Shown here in pieces: positions 55,098-64,000 of a stretch of DNA of 64,000 nucleotides. The stretch lies in NCBI GenBank assembly GCA_963753085.1, contig CAVWBF010000025.1, positions 7,676 to 71,675 on the forward strand, given 5' to 3'. The first letter of the stretch is position 1, and every line of letters starts with the position of its first letter. Below the pieces are notes generated by a model, which saw only the letters and a list, made by a program, of their open reading frames with translations, was not told the DNA's origin and did no database searches. The DNA is from an uncultured Spirochaetota bacterium. GTDB taxonomy: Bacteria; Spirochaetota; Spirochaetia; SZUA-6; Fen-1364. Made by a program: the position numbers and the translations under genes.

Positions 55098-56457
55098 CTA
55101 CTTGAGGTAGCCGGCGTCCGTCATCGCCTTGGTGACGATGTCCTGGCTTGCCGAGAGGGCCTGCTCCACGGTCTGCGTGCCGGCAATAGCCGCGGAGATC
55201 TGCTTGGACACGTCAGTGCCGAAGCCCTGGAACTCCGGGATGCCGACGAACTGCACGCCGGTGTAGGGCACCTTGTCGCGCGTGGCATCAGTCGGGTCAG
55301 CGCTCTCGATGGACTTGAGGGTCACATCCGCAAAGGCCTTGGCCGCCTTGATGTAGTTGGGGTTCTTGTACGTCGAATAGCGCGTGCCCGGCGGGACTGA
55401 CGCCCAGCCGTAGGTCTTTCCGACAAGGTCGATGTAGTCCTTGCTCGTGCACCAGGTGAGGAACTGCAGCGCTTCAGCCTGGTGCTGGCTTGTTGTCGGG
55501 ATGGCGTATGCCCAGCTCCACAGCCAGTGATAGCCTTTCTTCACTTTTTCGTAGGGCGCCATCACGAAGCCCACGTTGCCGACGATCTTCGACTGCTTGG
55601 GATCCTCCAGGAAGCCCGCGGCCACCGTGGCATCCACCCACATCGCCGCCTGCCCCTGCGCCAGCATGGTGAGGCTCTCCGAGAAGCCGTTGTTCGCGGC
55701 GCCGGGCACCCCGTAGTCCTGGATGAGCTTCACGTAGAAGCTCACCGCGTCCTCGAACTCCGGGGAGGTGAGCTGGGGCTGCCAGTTCTCATCGAACCAT
55801 TTGCCTCCCCACGTGTTGATCACGGTGTCCAGCGGGGCCATGACCTCGCCCCAGCCCGGGAGGCCGCGTAGCGCGATCCCGTACTGCTTCTTGGCCGGCT
55901 TGTGCAGCTTGCGGGCGAACTCGCGGACCTGGTCCCAGGTGGGCTCGGCCGGCATCTTCAGCCCGGCTGCCGCGAACATCTTCTTGTTGTAGAAGAGCAT
56001 GCTCGACTCGCCGTAGAACGGGGCCGCGTAGAGCTTGCCGTCGTAGGACAGGCCGAGACGTATTCCCTTGATCAGGTCATCGACGTTGTAGTTCTTCTGG
56101 ACATTGTCGGGATATTGCGACATCAGGTCGTCCAGGGAGGCAAGCCACTCGTTCTTCCCCCAGATGGGGGTCTCATATGTGCCGATCTGGACTATGTCGA
56201 ACGATCCCGCCTTGGTCGTGACATCGGTGGTCACCCGGTCGCGAAGCTCGTTCTCGGGGAGCATGACAAAGGACAGCTTGATGCTCGGATGCTCAGCTTG
56301 GAACTGGTCAGAGAGCTGCAGAAGCCGCCTCTGGTCCGGGTTGTTCACGACCGCGATGGTAATAGTGGTGCTTTCCTGGGCTGCCGCCATCATCGCCGGT
56401 ACAGTGAGGCCGGCGATGAACGGCAAGCACGACCAGGAGAAAGAGTTTTCTCTTCAT
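55098..56457 (-). CDS. polyol ABC transporter substrate-binding protein (SmoE/MtlE-like), apparent frameshift in the signal peptide near 56421
   Basis: LPENELR, IGTYETPIW, PFYGESS, LRGLPGWG and VPPGTR motifs. GGAGGGAG-ATG MKRKLFLLVVLA lies in a different frame from FIAGLTVPAMMAAA. Confidence 0.85.
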
Positions 56458-56637
56458 TCTGACTCCCTCCTCGCAGAGATATGCTGGGTCAAACGCCGCA
56501 GAGCGTTCGACGTTCGAAGAAATGACGCATTCCCTCCTTTCCGGCGCCAGCCTGCCACGCCACAGGCGACGTGGAAAACGGGAGTGCTGCAGGCGCCTCG
56601 CATCGCCCGCAATAGTAGCAAGACAGCGAACGGGGAA

Positions 56638-56681
56638 GGAAGTTACCCGGGTACCGAAATTGGCAGGAATTGTACTAGTAC
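56638..56681 (-). promoter_or_regulatory. conserved upstream element, copy 1 (putative response-regulator site)
   Basis: GTACTAGTAC-N17-GTACCCGGGTAACTTCC on the minus strand, followed 20 nt later by TACTAT in an extended -10 (TGcTACTAT). Confidence 0.7.
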
Positions 56682-56713
56682 CCGCGCTGTGGTATTCTTG
56701 AGCAGCAGACCCT

Positions 56714-57943
56714 GTGTGCCGTATGCAGACACGGATGTGGATTGCTGTGCGCGCGCCCAGTCTTGTCACCACTCTCGCGGGTCATGGGGTGGCGGGGCTC
56801 GTGTTTTTCCTGTCCTTCCAGTCCTCCCTCAGGTCGGTCTGGCTTCCCCAGTTTTTCATCCTCCTCGTCCTTGCAACCGGCCTCCTTCTCTTCGTCCTTC
56901 TGTGCAGGAGGAACGCATACCGCATCATCGCGCTGCTCGCGGTGATGCTCATCGAGATCGTCCTGGGAATCCCCCAGGGCAGCGACCTGGCTCTCCAGGC
57001 CATCCTCGGCACCGTTTTCGTGTTCCTCACGATGACCGAGGTCACGGGCTCCGCGGCGTTCATCCTTTGCGTCGGATACGCGCTGGCCGTTTCGTCCGCT
57101 CACTGGCCTCTCATGGCGTGGGGAATCCGAGTTGAGGGAGCCGCGCCGCTGGCCGCGGTGCTCCTGGGGATGTACCTCCTCTTTCTCACGTGGCTCGTGG
57201 GGCTTGTCGGCAGCCGCGGGCAGCAGATCAGGCGCCAGAACGAGGAGCTCCAGCGGATCGACAGGACCGTTCGGGCGCTCTCGGAGGCGAACCTCGATTT
57301 CCAGGAGCTTGCGACGCGGGTGCAGCGGGAGACGGAGGAGCAGGAGCGCCGACGGATCACCCGGGAGATCCATGATATCGTCGGATACACTTTGACGAAC
57401 ATCCAGATGATGATGGAGGCGGCGACGGACCTGGTGCGCCGGGACTCCGCCGGGCTGGAGGACCTCCTCGTGAAGTCCCGCGACCAGGCGCAGAGGGGCC
57501 TCATGGAGACCCGGCGCGCCATGCGGAACCTCAGGACCGGCTCCGGGTTGAAGACCAGCGGACTGGGGAGAGTGGAGGAGGTGGCGCGGATCTTCGAGAG
57601 GGCCACAAAGACGCGGGTGAGACTGAACCTCGGCAACGCTCCGGAGAGCTTTGGCCCGCGCATCGACGATGTTGTCTACAGGATGGTCCAGGAATCTCTC
57701 ACCAACTCCCTGCGCCACGGCAACGCGACGGAGATCTCCGTCAGTTTCTGGGTCGTGGAGAGAGCGCTGAGGGTCAGCATTGCGGACAATGGCGCAGGGT
57801 CCGGCGAGATCGTTCCCGGGATCGGGCTGGCCGGAATGGCGGAACGGCTTGCTCACGTGGGAGGGACCATGAAGGCGGAGAGCACGCCCTTTGGCTTTCT
57901 CGTGTTCAGCGAGATCCCGCTCCGCCGCGAGGAGGGAATGTGA
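56714..57943 (+). CDS. membrane sensor histidine kinase (HisKA_3/NarX-DesK class)
   Basis: About 6 TM segments; ERRRITREIHDIVG H-box, QESLTNSLRH N-box, DNGAG and GIGLAGMAER. Start is uncertain. Confidence 0.9.
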   Translation: MCRMQTRMWIAVRAPSLVTTLAGHGVAGLVFFLSFQSSLRSVWLPQFFILLVLATGLLLFVLLCRRNAYRIIALLAVMLIEIVLGIPQGSDLALQAILGTVFVFLTMTEVTGSAAFILCVGYALAVSSAHWPLMAWGIRVEGAAPLAAVLLGMYLLFLTWLVGLVGSRGQQIRRQNEELQRIDRTVRALSEANLDFQELATRVQRETEEQERRRITREIHDIVGYTLTNIQMMMEAATDLVRRDSAGLEDLLVKSRDQAQRGLMETRRAMRNLRTGSGLKTSGLGRVEEVARIFERATKTRVRLNLGNAPESFGPRIDDVVYRMVQESLTNSLRHGNATEISVSFWVVERALRVSIADNGAGSGEIVPGIGLAGMAERLAHVGGTMKAESTPFGFLVFSEIPLRREEGM

Positions 57944-57947
57944 CCAA

Positions 57948-58682
57948 TTGTCCCCGGGGAGCAGCGCGTTGAGCGCCGCAAGCGGTGATCACCGGATCAG
58001 GGTCCTCCTTGCGGACGACCAGGTCCTGTTCGTGGAGAGCCTGCGGACCGTGCTGGAGACCCGCGCGGAGGATTTCGAGGTAGTCGGTGTTGCGTTCAAC
58101 GGCCGTGAAGCCCTCCAGCTGGTCATGGAGAAGCACCCTGACATCATCCTCATGGACGTCCGCATGCCGGAGATGGACGGGGTGGAGGCGACGAAGATCA
58201 TCCATGCAACCTACCCCGACATCCACGTCCTCATGCTCACTACCTTCGACGATGACGAGTACGTGGTGGAGGCCCTGAACCACGGCGCCGCCGGCTACAT
58301 GTTGAAGGACATTCCCCCCGCTGACCTTATCGTGTCCCTGCGGGCGGTCTGCAAGGGCTCCATCATCATCTCCCCTCAGGTTGCCAACAAGCTTCTTCGT
58401 ATCAGAGAGGGAGAGGGCAAGCCTGAAGACTCCGGGGAGTCGCGGCCCCGTCCCATTCCCGACGGGTCGTTCCTGCGGTACCTGAGCAAGCGGGAGATCG
58501 AGATCCTTGGCCTTATTGGCACGGGCGCGGACAACGTCCGTATTGCCCGCAAGCTCTCCATCGCGGAGCAGACCGTCAAGAACCACGTCAGCGTCATCTA
58601 TTCAAAGCTGCACATCCACAACAGGATGCAGGCCATGAAGCTCGCCAACTCTCTCAAGGAATATTTCGGAAGCGACGCCTGA
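57948..58682 (+). CDS. NarL/LuxR-family response regulator
   Basis: LLADD, MDVRMPEMDG, LTTFD, YMLKD and LSKREIEIL...TVKNHVSVIYSKL. Probable TTG start. Confidence 0.92.
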   Translation: MSPGSSALSAASGDHRIRVLLADDQVLFVESLRTVLETRAEDFEVVGVAFNGREALQLVMEKHPDIILMDVRMPEMDGVEATKIIHATYPDIHVLMLTTFDDDEYVVEALNHGAAGYMLKDIPPADLIVSLRAVCKGSIIISPQVANKLLRIREGEGKPEDSGESRPRPIPDGSFLRYLSKREIEILGLIGTGADNVRIARKLSIAEQTVKNHVSVIYSKLHIHNRMQAMKLANSLKEYFGSDA

Positions 58683-58699
58683 GACTCGAAGCACTGAAA

Positions 58700-58743
58700 G
58701 TACTAGTACTAATCCTCCCCGCGGCAGTACCGCGGTAACTTCC
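58700..58743 (+). promoter_or_regulatory. conserved upstream element, copy 2 (putative response-regulator site)
   Basis: GTACTAGTAC-N17-GTACCGCGGTAACTTCC, followed 19 nt later by TAGGAT (-10-like). Confidence 0.7.
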
Positions 58744-58755
58744 CTGGAAGCACCG

Positions 58756-60171
58756 GTGCCTGTAGGATCAAGCGCACAGGCCGTGATGACACGAGGCGTC
58801 GTATCAGGATTTCTTTTCCTCCTTTGCTTCCTGTTTGCGGGTGCCGCTGCGTTTGGCGGCGGAACGCGCGAAACGGCAGGGGGCGCTCAGCTCACCGTTG
58901 CCACGGTGAATAACCCCGACATGGCAATCATGCAGCAGCTGTCGGGAGACTTCACGGCATCAACGGGCATCAGGCTCAACTTCGTGGTCCTTCCGGAGAA
59001 CGAGCTTCGGCAGAAAGTCACGGAGGACGTGGGCCTGGGCTCGGGCAAGTACGACGTGGTGACAATCGGCACCTACGACACCCCGATCTGGGGCCACAAC
59101 GGCTGGCTCGTCTCCCTGGAGCCTCTTTTCACCGGCATGAGCGTAGCGGAGCGCGACGGGTATGCGCGGGACGACCTGCTTCCGACCATCAGGGCGGCCT
59201 TGTCGCACAGTGATGAACAGTACGCTCTTCCCTTCTATGGCGAGAGCAGCATGATGTTCTACCGCACGGACCTCTTTGCCAGGGCGGGAATCACCATGCC
59301 CGGAAAGCCGACCTGGCAGCAGGTGTACGACTTTGCCGTGAAGCTCAAGGGCATGGACGGCTGCTACGGTATTGTGCTTCGGGGTCTGCCGGGATGGGGG
59401 GAGGTCCTTGCTCCGTTCAATACCGTGATCAACGCGTTCGGCGGCAGATGGTTCGACGAGGGCTGGAACCCGGCGTTCGGCGAGCCTGCCATGGCCGAGG
59501 CGTGGCGATTTTACAAAAGGCTGCTTGTCGACGCGGGGGAGCCGAACCCCACAACGGACGGATACACCGAGTGCCTTGCCATCATGGAGAGCGGCAAGGC
59601 GGCCATGTGGTATGACGCCACCGTGTCCGCCGGCGCGCTGTCGGCGCGAGACTCGAAGGTGGCCGGCCGCATCGGGTACGCCCTGGCCCCCTCGGCGCGC
59701 AAGGGCAACACGGGTTGGCTGTGGGCCTGGGCCCTTGGCATCGAATCCTCATCAAAACATCCCGCGGAGGCCTTCCGCTTCATCACGTGGGCAACGGACA
59801 GGAAATACGTTTCCCTCGTGGGAGGACGCATCGGCTGGGCGCAGGTCCCGCCCGGAACAAGGGTCTCCACGTACAACAACCCGGCATACCTTGCGGCGGC
59901 CCCGTTCGCCGGGATCGTCCTCCATTCCATCCAGAGCGCCGACTATGAGAGGCCCACCCTGCTGCCGGTCCCCTACCAGGGGATCCAGTACGTGTCCATC
60001 CCGGAGTTCCAGAGCCTGGGGGAGGCGGTCTCCCAGCAGCTGGCGGCCTACATTGCCGGGCAGAAGTCCCTCCCGCAGGCCCTTTCGGATTCCCAGGCCG
60101 CGGCGTTGAAGGTGGCGCGCGAGGGGGGCTACCTCTCGGGAGCGCCGCGGCGTGAGCCGCGGCAGCGGTGA
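58756..60171 (+). CDS. polyol ABC transporter substrate-binding protein (paralog of 55098-56457)
   Basis: Signal ...FAGAAAFGGG; LPENELR, IGTYDTPIW, PFYGESS and VPPGTR motifs. The start may be 58783 or 58786. Confidence 0.9.
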   Translation: MPVGSSAQAVMTRGVVSGFLFLLCFLFAGAAAFGGGTRETAGGAQLTVATVNNPDMAIMQQLSGDFTASTGIRLNFVVLPENELRQKVTEDVGLGSGKYDVVTIGTYDTPIWGHNGWLVSLEPLFTGMSVAERDGYARDDLLPTIRAALSHSDEQYALPFYGESSMMFYRTDLFARAGITMPGKPTWQQVYDFAVKLKGMDGCYGIVLRGLPGWGEVLAPFNTVINAFGGRWFDEGWNPAFGEPAMAEAWRFYKRLLVDAGEPNPTTDGYTECLAIMESGKAAMWYDATVSAGALSARDSKVAGRIGYALAPSARKGNTGWLWAWALGIESSSKHPAEAFRFITWATDRKYVSLVGGRIGWAQVPPGTRVSTYNNPAYLAAAPFAGIVLHSIQSADYERPTLLPVPYQGIQYVSIPEFQSLGEAVSQQLAAYIAGQKSLPQALSDSQAAALKVAREGGYLSGAPRREPRQR

Positions 60172-60174
60172 CAC

Positions 60175-61065
60175 GTGAGCGCATCCCTCGACCGCCGCAA
60201 GCGCAGGCGATCTGCGCTTCTCTCGCTGCCCGCCATTGTCATCGTGGCGGTAGTCACGCAGGCCCCCATCCTTGCCACCCTTGGATTGTCCCTCGTGCGA
60301 TGGATCGTCGTGCGGCCCGATCTCGGGATCATGTTCATCGGCCTGGACAACTACGCGGACATCTTCGGCTCGTGGGATTTCTACCAGGTGGTCCTGAACA
60401 CGGCGCTCATCACGGTGGTCTCCCTCACCGCCTGTACGCTGCTGGGGATTCTCTTCGGCCTCATGCTCCACCGGGACTTTCCCGGGGTGAACGTCGTGCG
60501 CACGCTCATCATCTCTCCGTTTTTCATGATGGACGCAGTGGCGGGAATCGTCTGGCGCACGACCTTGCTCAATTCCTCCTTCGGATGGAACGGGTACTTC
60601 GCTTCGCTCCTCGGCGTGCGGCCATTCGATTTCTTTGGCGTGCATTCCCTCCTCACCATCATCATCCTTATCGTCTGGCAGTGGACACCCTTCTTCGTGC
60701 TGATCATCCTGGCCGGATTCCAGAACATCCCCGAGGAGATCATGGACAGCGCCCGGGTGGACGGGACGGGCTGGTTCAAGGAGCTTGCGTTCATCCGCCT
60801 GCCGGTGATCATGAACCACATCGAGGTGGCCGTCCTCCTGGGGCTCATATTCGTGCTCAAGGTGTTCGGGCTCATCTTTGTGACCACGCGCGGGGGCCCG
60901 GGGTATTCCTCCGCGAACCTCCCCTATTACGTGTACAAGACGGCTTTCCTCGGGTGGGACGTCGGCCGGGCGGCGGCGGTTGCCGTTGTGACGGTGGTCA
61001 TCACCCTCCTGGCCATCATGGCGCTCTTCCGCTGGTTTCGGCGGCGCATGAGCGAGGCCGGCTGA
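60175..61065 (+). CDS. polyol ABC transporter permease
   Basis: FIGLDNY, WQWTPF, SARVDG and TRGGPG motifs. Confidence 0.9.
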   Translation: MSASLDRRKRRRSALLSLPAIVIVAVVTQAPILATLGLSLVRWIVVRPDLGIMFIGLDNYADIFGSWDFYQVVLNTALITVVSLTACTLLGILFGLMLHRDFPGVNVVRTLIISPFFMMDAVAGIVWRTTLLNSSFGWNGYFASLLGVRPFDFFGVHSLLTIIILIVWQWTPFFVLIILAGFQNIPEEIMDSARVDGTGWFKELAFIRLPVIMNHIEVAVLLGLIFVLKVFGLIFVTTRGGPGYSSANLPYYVYKTAFLGWDVGRAAAVAVVTVVITLLAIMALFRWFRRRMSEAG

Positions 61066-61892
61066 TGGGTATCCGCGCCTGGAATCATCACCGCTCCCCG
61101 GTGACCATCGTGCTCATCTGGATTGCCGCCATCCTGTGGTGCTTTCCCCTCCTGTACATGCTTCTCACGAGCTTCAAGGGGGAAGTGGACGTCCTTCCTC
61201 CGTCGCTGTGGATTGCACATCCCACGCTGGAGAACTACGCCACGGTCCTCCGGCACGAGATCGTCCGCTACATCCTGGACTCGGCGGTCATCTCACTGAC
61301 CTCCGTTGCGGCATGCCTGTCCCTGGGGGTGCCGGTTGCCTACGTAGTGGTGTTCGGCCGGCTTCGTAACTCCGACAGCCTCTTCTTCTGGTTCCTCTCC
61401 ACCACGCTCCTTCCCCCGGTGGCCGTCATCGTTCCCGTCTTCCTCCTGTTCCGTCTCACGGGCCTCCTGGACACCCTGGGCGGCATGGTCCTGATCTACA
61501 CGGGGGTCAACATCCCCATCGTGATCTGGATGACGCGCTCGTTCCTCCTCGACGTGCCTCGGGAGATCCTGGAGTCCTCCGACATCGACGGCTCGTCCCC
61601 CCTGCGGTCCTTCTTCAGCATCGTCCTGCCTCTTGCGCGCCAGGGGATCATCTCGACGGGGCTTCTCGTGTTTATCTTCGTGTGGAACGAGTTTTTTTTC
61701 TCCATCAACCTGACCTACGTGCACGCGGCGCCGGTGCCGGTGTACATGGCGGGCTTCATGACCCAGCAGGGTCTCTTCTGGGCCAAGCTGTGCGCCATCT
61801 CGACCCTCGTGGTCCTTCCGCCGATGGTCCTCGGCTGGCTGGTGCAGCGGTCGCTCGTGAAGGGACTGACAATGGGGGCAGTGAAGGGATGA
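61065..61892 (+). CDS. polyol ABC transporter permease
   Basis: TGATG overlap; PLLYMLLTSFK, WNEFFF, QQGLFWAKL and GLTMGAVKG motifs. Confidence 0.9.
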   Translation: MGIRAWNHHRSPVTIVLIWIAAILWCFPLLYMLLTSFKGEVDVLPPSLWIAHPTLENYATVLRHEIVRYILDSAVISLTSVAACLSLGVPVAYVVVFGRLRNSDSLFFWFLSTTLLPPVAVIVPVFLLFRLTGLLDTLGGMVLIYTGVNIPIVIWMTRSFLLDVPREILESSDIDGSSPLRSFFSIVLPLARQGIISTGLLVFIFVWNEFFFSINLTYVHAAPVPVYMAGFMTQQGLFWAKLCAISTLVVLPPMVLGWLVQRSLVKGLTMGAVKG

Positions 61893-61908
61893 GCCTCAGG
61901 GAGGGCAT

Positions 61909-62925
61909 ATGAAAGACGGGATCACAGCCGCGATCATCGAAAAGCCGCTTGCCATCCGCGTTCGGCAGGTGGAGGCGCCGCGGGTCACGCGCCCGGACCA
62001 CGTTCTCGTGAAAGTCATGGCCAGCGGCATCTGCGGGACCGACGTGCACATCTATCACGGCGAATACATCGGCTCTTACCCGATGACGCCCGGCCACGAG
62101 TTCTCGGGCGTCGTGGAGGCGGTCGGGGACGCGGTCACCCGGTTCCGCCCCGGCTCCCGGGTGTCCGTGGAGCCCAATATCTCCTGCGACAACTGCCCCG
62201 CCTGCCTGAGCAACCGGCAGAACTTCTGCGAGAACTGGCAGGCCGTCGGCGTAACGCTCCCCGGAGCCATGGCCCAGCTCGTGCTGGCCCCCGAGAAAGT
62301 CGTCTTCGATGCCGGGGAGATCCCCTTCGGCCAGGCGGCCTTCATGGAGCCGCTTTCCTGCGTCATTCATGGGATCCAGTCCGTTGGCATCCGCCTGGGG
62401 GAGAACGTGGCGGTGATCGGCACGGGTCCCATCGGGATGCTCCTCATCAGGACGGCCCGGGCATGGGGGGCGGCGCGCTTCACCGTGGCCGAGCTTAGCG
62501 AGGAGCGCCTTGCCGCTGCCCGGCGCGACGGGGTTGCCGAGGCCACAACCGATGTCGCTTCCCTGCCCGCGGACCGCTTCGATGTCGTGATCGACGCCAC
62601 CGGTGCGCCGCCCATGCTTTCCCAGGCAGTGCGCCTGGCGTGCCCCGGCGGCCGCATCCTGATGTTCGGCGTCGCCCCGCAGGGAAAGACCGCCTCCATC
62701 GAGCCGTTCCAGGTCTTCCGCAAGGGACTGTCGATTTTTGCCTCCTACACGTCGCGCAGGAACAGCCTGCAGGCTCTCACGCTCATCGGGTCGGGAAAGG
62801 TAAGGGTGGACGATCTTGTTTCGCATCGTCTTCCCCTGGAAGGGCTTGAGGCGGGGATCAGGAAGATCGAGGACAGGAGTGAAAATGCAATGAAGGTCAT
62901 GGTTTTCCCCAACGGGACATCCTGA
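61909..62925 (+). CDS. zinc-dependent (MDR) polyol dehydrogenase
   Basis: GICGTD, GHEFSG, structural Zn motif CDNCPAC..NFC, EPLSC and GTGPIG. Confidence 0.9.
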   Translation: MKDGITAAIIEKPLAIRVRQVEAPRVTRPDHVLVKVMASGICGTDVHIYHGEYIGSYPMTPGHEFSGVVEAVGDAVTRFRPGSRVSVEPNISCDNCPACLSNRQNFCENWQAVGVTLPGAMAQLVLAPEKVVFDAGEIPFGQAAFMEPLSCVIHGIQSVGIRLGENVAVIGTGPIGMLLIRTARAWGAARFTVAELSEERLAAARRDGVAEATTDVASLPADRFDVVIDATGAPPMLSQAVRLACPGGRILMFGVAPQGKTASIEPFQVFRKGLSIFASYTSRRNSLQALTLIGSGKVRVDDLVSHRLPLEGLEAGIRKIEDRSENAMKVMVFPNGTS

Positions 62926-62936
62926 AGGAGGAGCAC

Positions 62937-63719
62937 ATGGCGGTGTTGGACAGGTTTCGGCTCTCGGGCCGGGTCGCGCTGGTCACGGGAGCGGGACAGG
63001 GGATAGGCCGGGGATATGCGCATGCCCTCGGGGAGGCGGGAGCTGCCGTGGCGGTTGTGGACATTGCCGAGGACAAGGCGCGCGAGGTGGCGCAGGAGCT
63101 CTCCCGGACGGGGATCGACTCCATGGCGCTGGCCGCTGACGTGACTGCCCGGGCGGATGTGCAGCGAATGGTGGAGGCGATCGTGAAGAAGTGGGGGAAG
63201 CTCACCATCGGGGTCAATAACGCCGGCATCGGGCAGTGGGTGGATGCCCAGGACATCACCGATGAGATCTGGCAGAAGGTGATGCGGTTGAACCTGGACG
63301 CCGTCCTGTACTGCGCCCAGGCGGAGGCCCGTGAGATGAGAAAAGCCGGCTACGGGAAGATCATCAACACCGCATCCATGTCAGGGCACATCGTCAACAC
63401 CCCGCAGAACCAGACCCCGTACAACGTCTCCAAGGCGGGCGTCCTGCACATGACCAGGAGCCTGGCGGCGGAGTGGGCGTCGGACGGAATCCGGGTGAAC
63501 TCGATCAGCCCCGGCTATACACGAACCGCGCTCGTGGAGACCCTGGTGTCAACGCCGGCGGGCCAAAAGATGCTCGACGCCTGGCTTCCCATGATTCCGA
63601 TGCGCCGTATGGCGGAGGTATCAGACCTGCAGGGAGCGGTGGTTTACCTGGCAAGCGAGGCTTCAGACTACATGACAGGCTCCGACCTCATCATCGACGG
63701 GGGCTATTGCGTGTGGTAG
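62937..63719 (+). CDS. SDR oxidoreductase (polyol dehydrogenase/ketose reductase-like)
   Basis: [35 protein letters not shown] (YxxxK) and NSISPG motifs. Confidence 0.9.
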   Translation: MAVLDRFRLSGRVALVTGAGQGIGRGYAHALGEAGAAVAVVDIAEDKAREVAQELSRTGIDSMALAADVTARADVQRMVEAIVKKWGKLTIGVNNAGIGQWVDAQDITDEIWQKVMRLNLDAVLYCAQAEAREMRKAGYGKIINTASMSGHIVNTPQNQTPYNVSKAGVLHMTRSLAAEWASDGIRVNSISPGYTRTALVETLVSTPAGQKMLDAWLPMIPMRRMAEVSDLQGAVVYLASEASDYMTGSDLIIDGGYCVW

Positions 63720-64000
63720 CTCGGAACCTCACGGGCGTGTAAGCGGGAAGCTTCTTGTCCACGAACCTGATGTCAAACCGCGCGAACCTTTGAAGGCCGT
63801 TTTCCCGGGGGACCGCCGGATCCTCATTTCCGATCAGCGGCGCGGCATAGCGTACGAAGTCATCCGTGACATCCAGCCCGTCTTTTGTGATCCAGCTTGC
63901 CGGCAGGAACCGCGAGGAGTTGGCTACTTTCTCCAGGGGGACCTTGTCGTAGAACACGCGGTAGGAGCTGCCGGGCTTTCGAAGGATGGTAGCCATCCAG
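63691..64000 (-). CDS. pfp: C-terminus of PPi-dependent phosphofructokinase (5' part outside the window)
   Basis: [45 protein letters not shown] matches the Pfp C-terminus; only a fragment is visible. Confidence 0.75.
   Translation of the reverse strand, partial: WMATILRKPGSSYRVFYDKVPLEKVANSSRFLPASWITKDGLDVTDDFVRYAAPLIGNEDPAVPRENGLQRFARFDIRFVDKKLPAYTPVRFRATTRNSPRR

Noticed and set aside
60168-61064. 574-aa ORF suggesting a fused permease
   Set aside because: The N-terminal half is an off-frame read of the first permease; the true start is the TGATG overlap at 61065.
63691-63719. 29-bp convergent overlap of the SDR and pfp 3' ends
   Set aside because: Short convergent overlaps are common in GC-rich genomes; no functional signal is visible.
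1-64000. CRISPR arrays, tRNA/rRNA, IS/integrase/prophage and defence systems
   Set aside because: No regularly spaced repeats, cloverleaf or rRNA signatures, or transposase/integrase motifs were seen, and nearly all sequence is explained by metabolic genes. Small ncRNAs cannot be excluded without covariance-model searches.

Overview
GC-rich bacterial chromosomal window, densely coding, dominated by carbohydrate uptake and catabolism. The 'AAGGQE'/'FGGGTRE'-type N-termini of the solute-binding proteins suggest a free-living Spirochaetia, which is an inference. Contents in order: a myo-inositol cluster (partial iolD, iolE, an atypical transaldolase-family gene, a CUT2 ABC transporter, an IolI-like TIM barrel, iolA, iolB); a CinA/NadD-like protein coupled to heme O synthase; a C45 Ntn-hydrolase; a SET-domain protein; a MarR-EmrB-two adaptor-TolC efflux operon; SCO; an ECF sigma with a ZAS/CBM48 anti-sigma and a secreted protein; livKHMGF; AraC- and LacI-controlled glycoside loci (GH4, GH31); FTR1 with DtxR; a second CUT2 ABC transporter with a TIM-barrel isomerase; RfaE2; an aldo/keto reductase; an ABC exporter; a cytochrome c; two paralogous polyol ABC operons flanking a NarL-type two-component system; two dehydrogenases; and a partial pfp. 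The best novelty candidates are: (1) the transaldolase-fold enzyme inside the iol operon, whose non-canonical catalytic residues suggest a possible IolC/IolJ-independent route; (2) the ECF/anti-sigma module with an extracytoplasmic glycogen-binding domain; (3) a shared 44-bp cis-element upstream of both polyol operons. Three frameshifts are present, probably sequencing errors. I found no rRNA, tRNA, CRISPR array or mobile element. All calls come from motif reading only; no database search was run.
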